Part shown: piece by piece, positions 45,805-46,276 of the stretch
Layout of the letters: every line of letters starts with the position of its first letter
How positions within the stretch are numbered: the first letter of the stretch is position 1
NCBI GenBank assembly: GCA_016867005.1
Contig: VGKM01000001.1
Span: 1 to 46,276, forward strand
DNA length: 46,276 bases
DNA from: Candidatus Omnitrophota bacterium
GTDB taxonomy: Bacteria > Omnitrophota > Gorgyraeia > Gygaellales > Profunditerraquicolaceae
Direction: 5' to 3'
Notes under the pieces: model-generated
Database searches by the model: none
What the model saw: only the letters and a program-made list of their open reading frames with translations
What the model was told of the DNA's origin: nothing
Made by a program: the position numbers and the translations under genes

Positions 45805-46136
45805 TATTTTGGCTTCTGTAGTTTTCCACAATCCCAAGCCTTATAATCCCTGTTTAGACTGAGATAATTCCTCTGGTTTATTTTTTCTATAGTAATTACA
45901 CGCCCATCCCTAAGCCTCTTTATCAGTCTTTTGATATAGCGCAGGTCAACCTTTAATCTACGAGATAAACTGACATAGCTGATAGGGGCCTTTTCCCTAT
46001 TCCAACCGCAGGTCATCCTGATAATAAATAAGATAATCCTCTGCTCAGTTGAATTAAAATGATAATCCAGCAGCGTTTCTATGAGGTCATTAGGGACCTT
46101 GGTATAAGGGTCGAACTTAAGAAAGTTGTTGTCCAT
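45798..46136 (-). CDS. Replication-initiator-like winged-helix protein (phage RepO N-terminal domain type)
   Basis: FTKVPNDLIETLLDYHFNSTEQRIILFIIRMTCGWNREKAPISYVSLSRRLKVDLRYIKRLIKRL resembles the lambda O / replisome-organiser N-terminal domain. Confidence 0.55.
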   Translation of the reverse strand: MDNNFLKFDPYTKVPNDLIETLLDYHFNSTEQRIILFIIRMTCGWNREKAPISYVSLSRRLKVDLRYIKRLIKRLRDGRVITIEKINQRNYLSLNRDYKAWDCGKLQKPKYI

Positions 46137-46153
46137 TTAAAGAATTTTAGGCA

Positions 46154-46200
46154 TAAAAAAAGGGCTGGCTCCGAAGATTTTTCTCTTCGAAACCAGCCCT
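46154..46200 (-). terminator. Rho-independent terminator (minus strand) just upstream of the rep-like gene
   Basis: Minus strand: AGGGCTGGTTTCGAAGA-GAAAAA-TCTTCGGAGCCAGCCCT followed by TTTTTTT (plus-strand A-run 46155-46161). Confidence 0.6.
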
Positions 46201-46241
46201 CGTATTACATGACGTAAGTCGGGTCGGTTCTTCTTTGAAAG

Positions 46242-46276
46242 ATCAGCCGTCTTATGCGATAAGTGGGGCTGATTTT
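46242..46276 (+). terminator. Nested-palindrome hairpin followed by TTTT at the window edge
   Basis: ATCAGCC-gt-CTTAT-gcg-ATAAG-tgg-GGCTGAT-TTT. It could be a plus-strand terminator or a protein or recombination site. Truncated context. Confidence 0.3.

Larger units (their letters stand above)
43869..46276 (-). mobile_element. Small integrative (and probably replicative) element next to a tRNA pair; the right boundary lies outside the window
   Basis: Tyrosine integrase, MerR-like HTH, Xis/AlpA-like HTH, Cys-rich mini-ORF, iteron array with AT-rich tract, RepO-like winged-helix gene. Visibly more AT-rich than flanking core genes. No structural phage genes seen. Confidence 0.6.

Noticed and set aside
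43869-46276. Calling the right-hand element a prophage
   Set aside because: No capsid, tail, terminase or lysis genes are visible in the ~2.4 kb present. Only the integration, regulation and replication modules are seen, so the generic term integrative element is used.
1-46276. CRISPR arrays, rRNA genes, toxin-antitoxin pairs or known defence genes
   Set aside because: Reading the intergenic regions, I saw no regularly spaced direct repeats, no rRNA signatures and no recognisable defence or TA domains. The absence rests on inspection by eye only.

Overview
Chromosomal segment from a moderately AT-rich bacterium that looks anaerobic and diderm; I cannot name the taxon. It holds about 50 tightly packed genes, and all but one are on the minus strand. 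In coordinate order: cdaA-folP-ftsH-tilS; three small secreted or membrane proteins; a tRNA(CAT) followed by a duplicated copy of its 3' end; an AsmA-like membrane protein and dgkA; a Wood-Ljungdahl corrinoid Fe-S protein module (acsE, acsD, cooC, RACo/acsV, acsC) with larB beside it; an HTH-TM protein and a bactofilin-HTH fusion; mgtC, tsaD, a YibQ-like deacetylase, ctpA and gatBAC; an atypical response regulator and a cytoplasmic PAS/GAF histidine kinase; a lone plus-strand 1077-aa uncharacterised protein with faint glycoside-phosphorylase-like motifs, converging on a 914-aa TPR/beta-barrel outer-membrane protein; plsY-pgsA-lepB-lepA-cmk; aromatic amino-acid genes (tyrA, DAHP synthase, hisC, pheA); scpB-ruvA-ruvC-yebC; RNase P RNA; RNase HI and a DUF164 zinc-ribbon protein; tRNA-Val and a second tRNA(CAT). 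The window ends in a small integrase-bearing element (int, two small HTH/Xis-like genes, a Cys-rich mini-ORF, three ~23-bp iterons next to an AT-rich tract, a RepO-like gene) that runs off the right edge. I saw no CRISPR array, rRNA or recognisable defence genes. The best candidates for something undescribed are (i) the kinase/regulator, 1077-aa protein and giant OMP locus, (ii) the replicative-integrative mini-element with its iteron origin, and (iii) the bactofilin-HTH plus membrane-HTH pair. All functional calls rest on motif recognition by eye and from memory; no searches were run.
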